Part shown: one piece after another, positions 62,867 to 64,000 of the stretch | Position numbering within the stretch: the stretch's first letter is position 1 | Layout of the letters: every line of letters starts with the position of its first letter | Assembly (NCBI RefSeq): GCF_050299255.1 | Contig: NZ_JBNKVP010000012.1 | Location: forward strand, 5,606-69,605 | Direction of reading: 5' to 3' | Length of the DNA: 64,000 bases | From: Vibrio sp. | Lineage (GTDB): Bacteria > Pseudomonadota > Gammaproteobacteria > Enterobacterales > Vibrionaceae | The notes under the pieces: model-generated | What the model was told of the DNA's origin: nothing | The model's database searches: none | Seen by the model: only the letters and a program-made list of their open reading frames with translations | Position numbers and translations under genes: made by a program

Positions 62867-64000
62867 GTGAAAAAGTCCCTTATCGTGCAAAAGTTCGGCG
62901 GAACCTCAATGGGTTCTATAGACACAATCCACATTGTGGCCGAACACATCATTAAAGCGAAAAATGATGGCCATCAAGTAGTAGTCGTAGTGTCAGCCAT
63001 GGCGGGTGAAACCAACCGTCTGATGGAACTGGCCAAGCAGGTAGACAGTGTACCGACGGCTCGAGAACTTGATGTTTTGCTCTCTGCTGGTGAGCAGGTG
63101 TCAATGGCGCTTCTGGCGATGACACTGAACAAAATGGGTTATGCAGCCCGCTCGCTGACCGGTGGTCAGGCGCACATTGTGACTGATAATCAGCACAATG
63201 ACGCGACGATTAAACATATTGATACCACAACGATCGAAGAACTGCTGAATCAGGATCACATCGTTATCGTTGCAGGATTTCAGGGTGTCAATAAGAATGG
63301 GGACATTACTACCTTAGGCCGAGGTGGTTCAGACACCAGTGCCGTGGTGCTAGCCGGTGCAATGCAGGCCGATGAATGTCAGATCTATACCGATGTTGAC
63401 GGCATCTATACCTGTGATCCACGAGTTGTGGAACGCGCGCAAAAACTGGATAGCATCGATTTCCCGTCGATGGAGGAAATGGCGCGCAAAGGAGCCAAAG
63501 TGCTCCACTTACCTTCGGTACAGCACGCCTGGCAGCACAATGTTCCATTGCGGGTATTGTCGACGTTTGACAACAACCAGGGTAGCCTGGTCACCGGTGA
63601 AGTGTGCCAGAAAGCGGTGTGCGGATTGGCACTTCAGCGCGATATGTGCTTGATTAAAGTACAGAGTGACCATTTATCCAGCTTGCAGAAACAGTGTCAA
63701 ATGTTGGGAGTGGTGATTTGGAATGTGATCGAACAGACAGATTGGGCCGGCATTATTGTAAAACAGGATGCATGTGCAAAATTGGATCTGGTGTTTGGTG
63801 ACAAAATTCGTAATAGTGATGTGGTAAGTTTACTTACCGTGGTGGGTTTACAAGCCGAAGGATTGGTTGAACGCTCATATGAGTTGCTAACCGGGTACGA
63901 TATCAATGTGGATCATTACCATGTTAGTAAGCAGTCGCTGATGTTGGTGTTGTCTCAAGAAGATCTTGATCGGGCAGCCAATGTTATTCATGATGCCTTT
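62867..64000 (+). CDS. Aspartate kinase (monofunctional), 3' end beyond the window
   Basis: Absent from the ORF track because the frame has no stop before the window end. The start is GTG at 62867, with an in-frame TGA at 62861 and the SD GGAAGG 9 nt upstream. 378 codons remain open to 64000. The translation VKKSLIVQKFGGTSMGSIDTI...VVVVSAMAGETNRL...TTLGRGGSDTSAV...IYTDVDGIYTCDPR carries aspartokinase signatures. Confidence 0.9.
   Translation, partial: MKKSLIVQKFGGTSMGSIDTIHIVAEHIIKAKNDGHQVVVVVSAMAGETNRLMELAKQVDSVPTARELDVLLSAGEQVSMALLAMTLNKMGYAARSLTGGQAHIVTDNQHNDATIKHIDTTTIEELLNQDHIVIVAGFQGVNKNGDITTLGRGGSDTSAVVLAGAMQADECQIYTDVDGIYTCDPRVVERAQKLDSIDFPSMEEMARKGAKVLHLPSVQHAWQHNVPLRVLSTFDNNQGSLVTGEVCQKAVCGLALQRDMCLIKVQSDHLSSLQKQCQMLGVVIWNVIEQTDWAGIIVKQDACAKLDLVFGDKIRNSDVVSLLTVVGLQAEGLVERSYELLTGYDINVDHYHVSKQSLMLVLSQEDLDRAANVIHDAF

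Overview
This window is a 64-kb stretch of core chromosome from a Vibrionaceae-like gammaproteobacterium. That assignment rests on protein sequences and gene order recalled from memory; no search was run.

The window is almost entirely housekeeping genes, and I call 54 protein-coding genes:
- Cell shape and nearby: mreBCD-maf-rng-yhdP, a Nit-like amidase, tldD.
- Arginine and accessory-looking genes: orphan arginine deiminase, rraB, a GH2-N-terminal-like protein, a tandem-DUF2061 membrane protein.
- Transport and central metabolism: usp plus a TAXI-TRAP transporter, argR, mdh, ispB.
- Translation and cell envelope: rplU-rpmA-obg, yjjPB-like exporter genes, folA, apaH-apaG-rsmA-pdxA-surA-lptD, djlA, a DUF4382 lipoprotein.
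- Pyrimidine and arginine: ridA-pyrI-pyrB with a leader, argF.
- Remaining genes: a PIN-PhoH ATPase, rapA-rluA, a 2-hydroxyacid dehydrogenase, valS-holC-pepA, lptFG, mutS, a GNAT/CN-hydrolase fusion, pncC-recA-recX-alaS, and a 5'-partial aspartokinase.

Two of these genes are absent from the ORF track: the 30-codon pyrBI leader peptide, and the aspartokinase that runs off the window end. About a dozen track ORFs are over-extended at the N-terminus and are corrected here.

I saw no rRNA, tRNA, CRISPR array, transposase, integrase, phage gene or recognisable defence gene. I did not find a convincing novel multi-gene system. The best leads are local:
- A near-consensus Fur box over the promoter of the DUF2061 membrane protein gene.
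- A structured 550-bp AT-rich intergenic region between arcA and rraB, with repeated motifs, a terminator-like hairpin and GATC-bearing tandem repeats.
- Operator-like perfect palindromes upstream of the yjjPB-like genes and of mutS.
- Three proteins of unclear role: a GH2-like protein lacking a catalytic domain, the PIN-PhoH protein and the GNAT/CN-hydrolase fusion.

All motif calls were made by eye and need computational or experimental confirmation.
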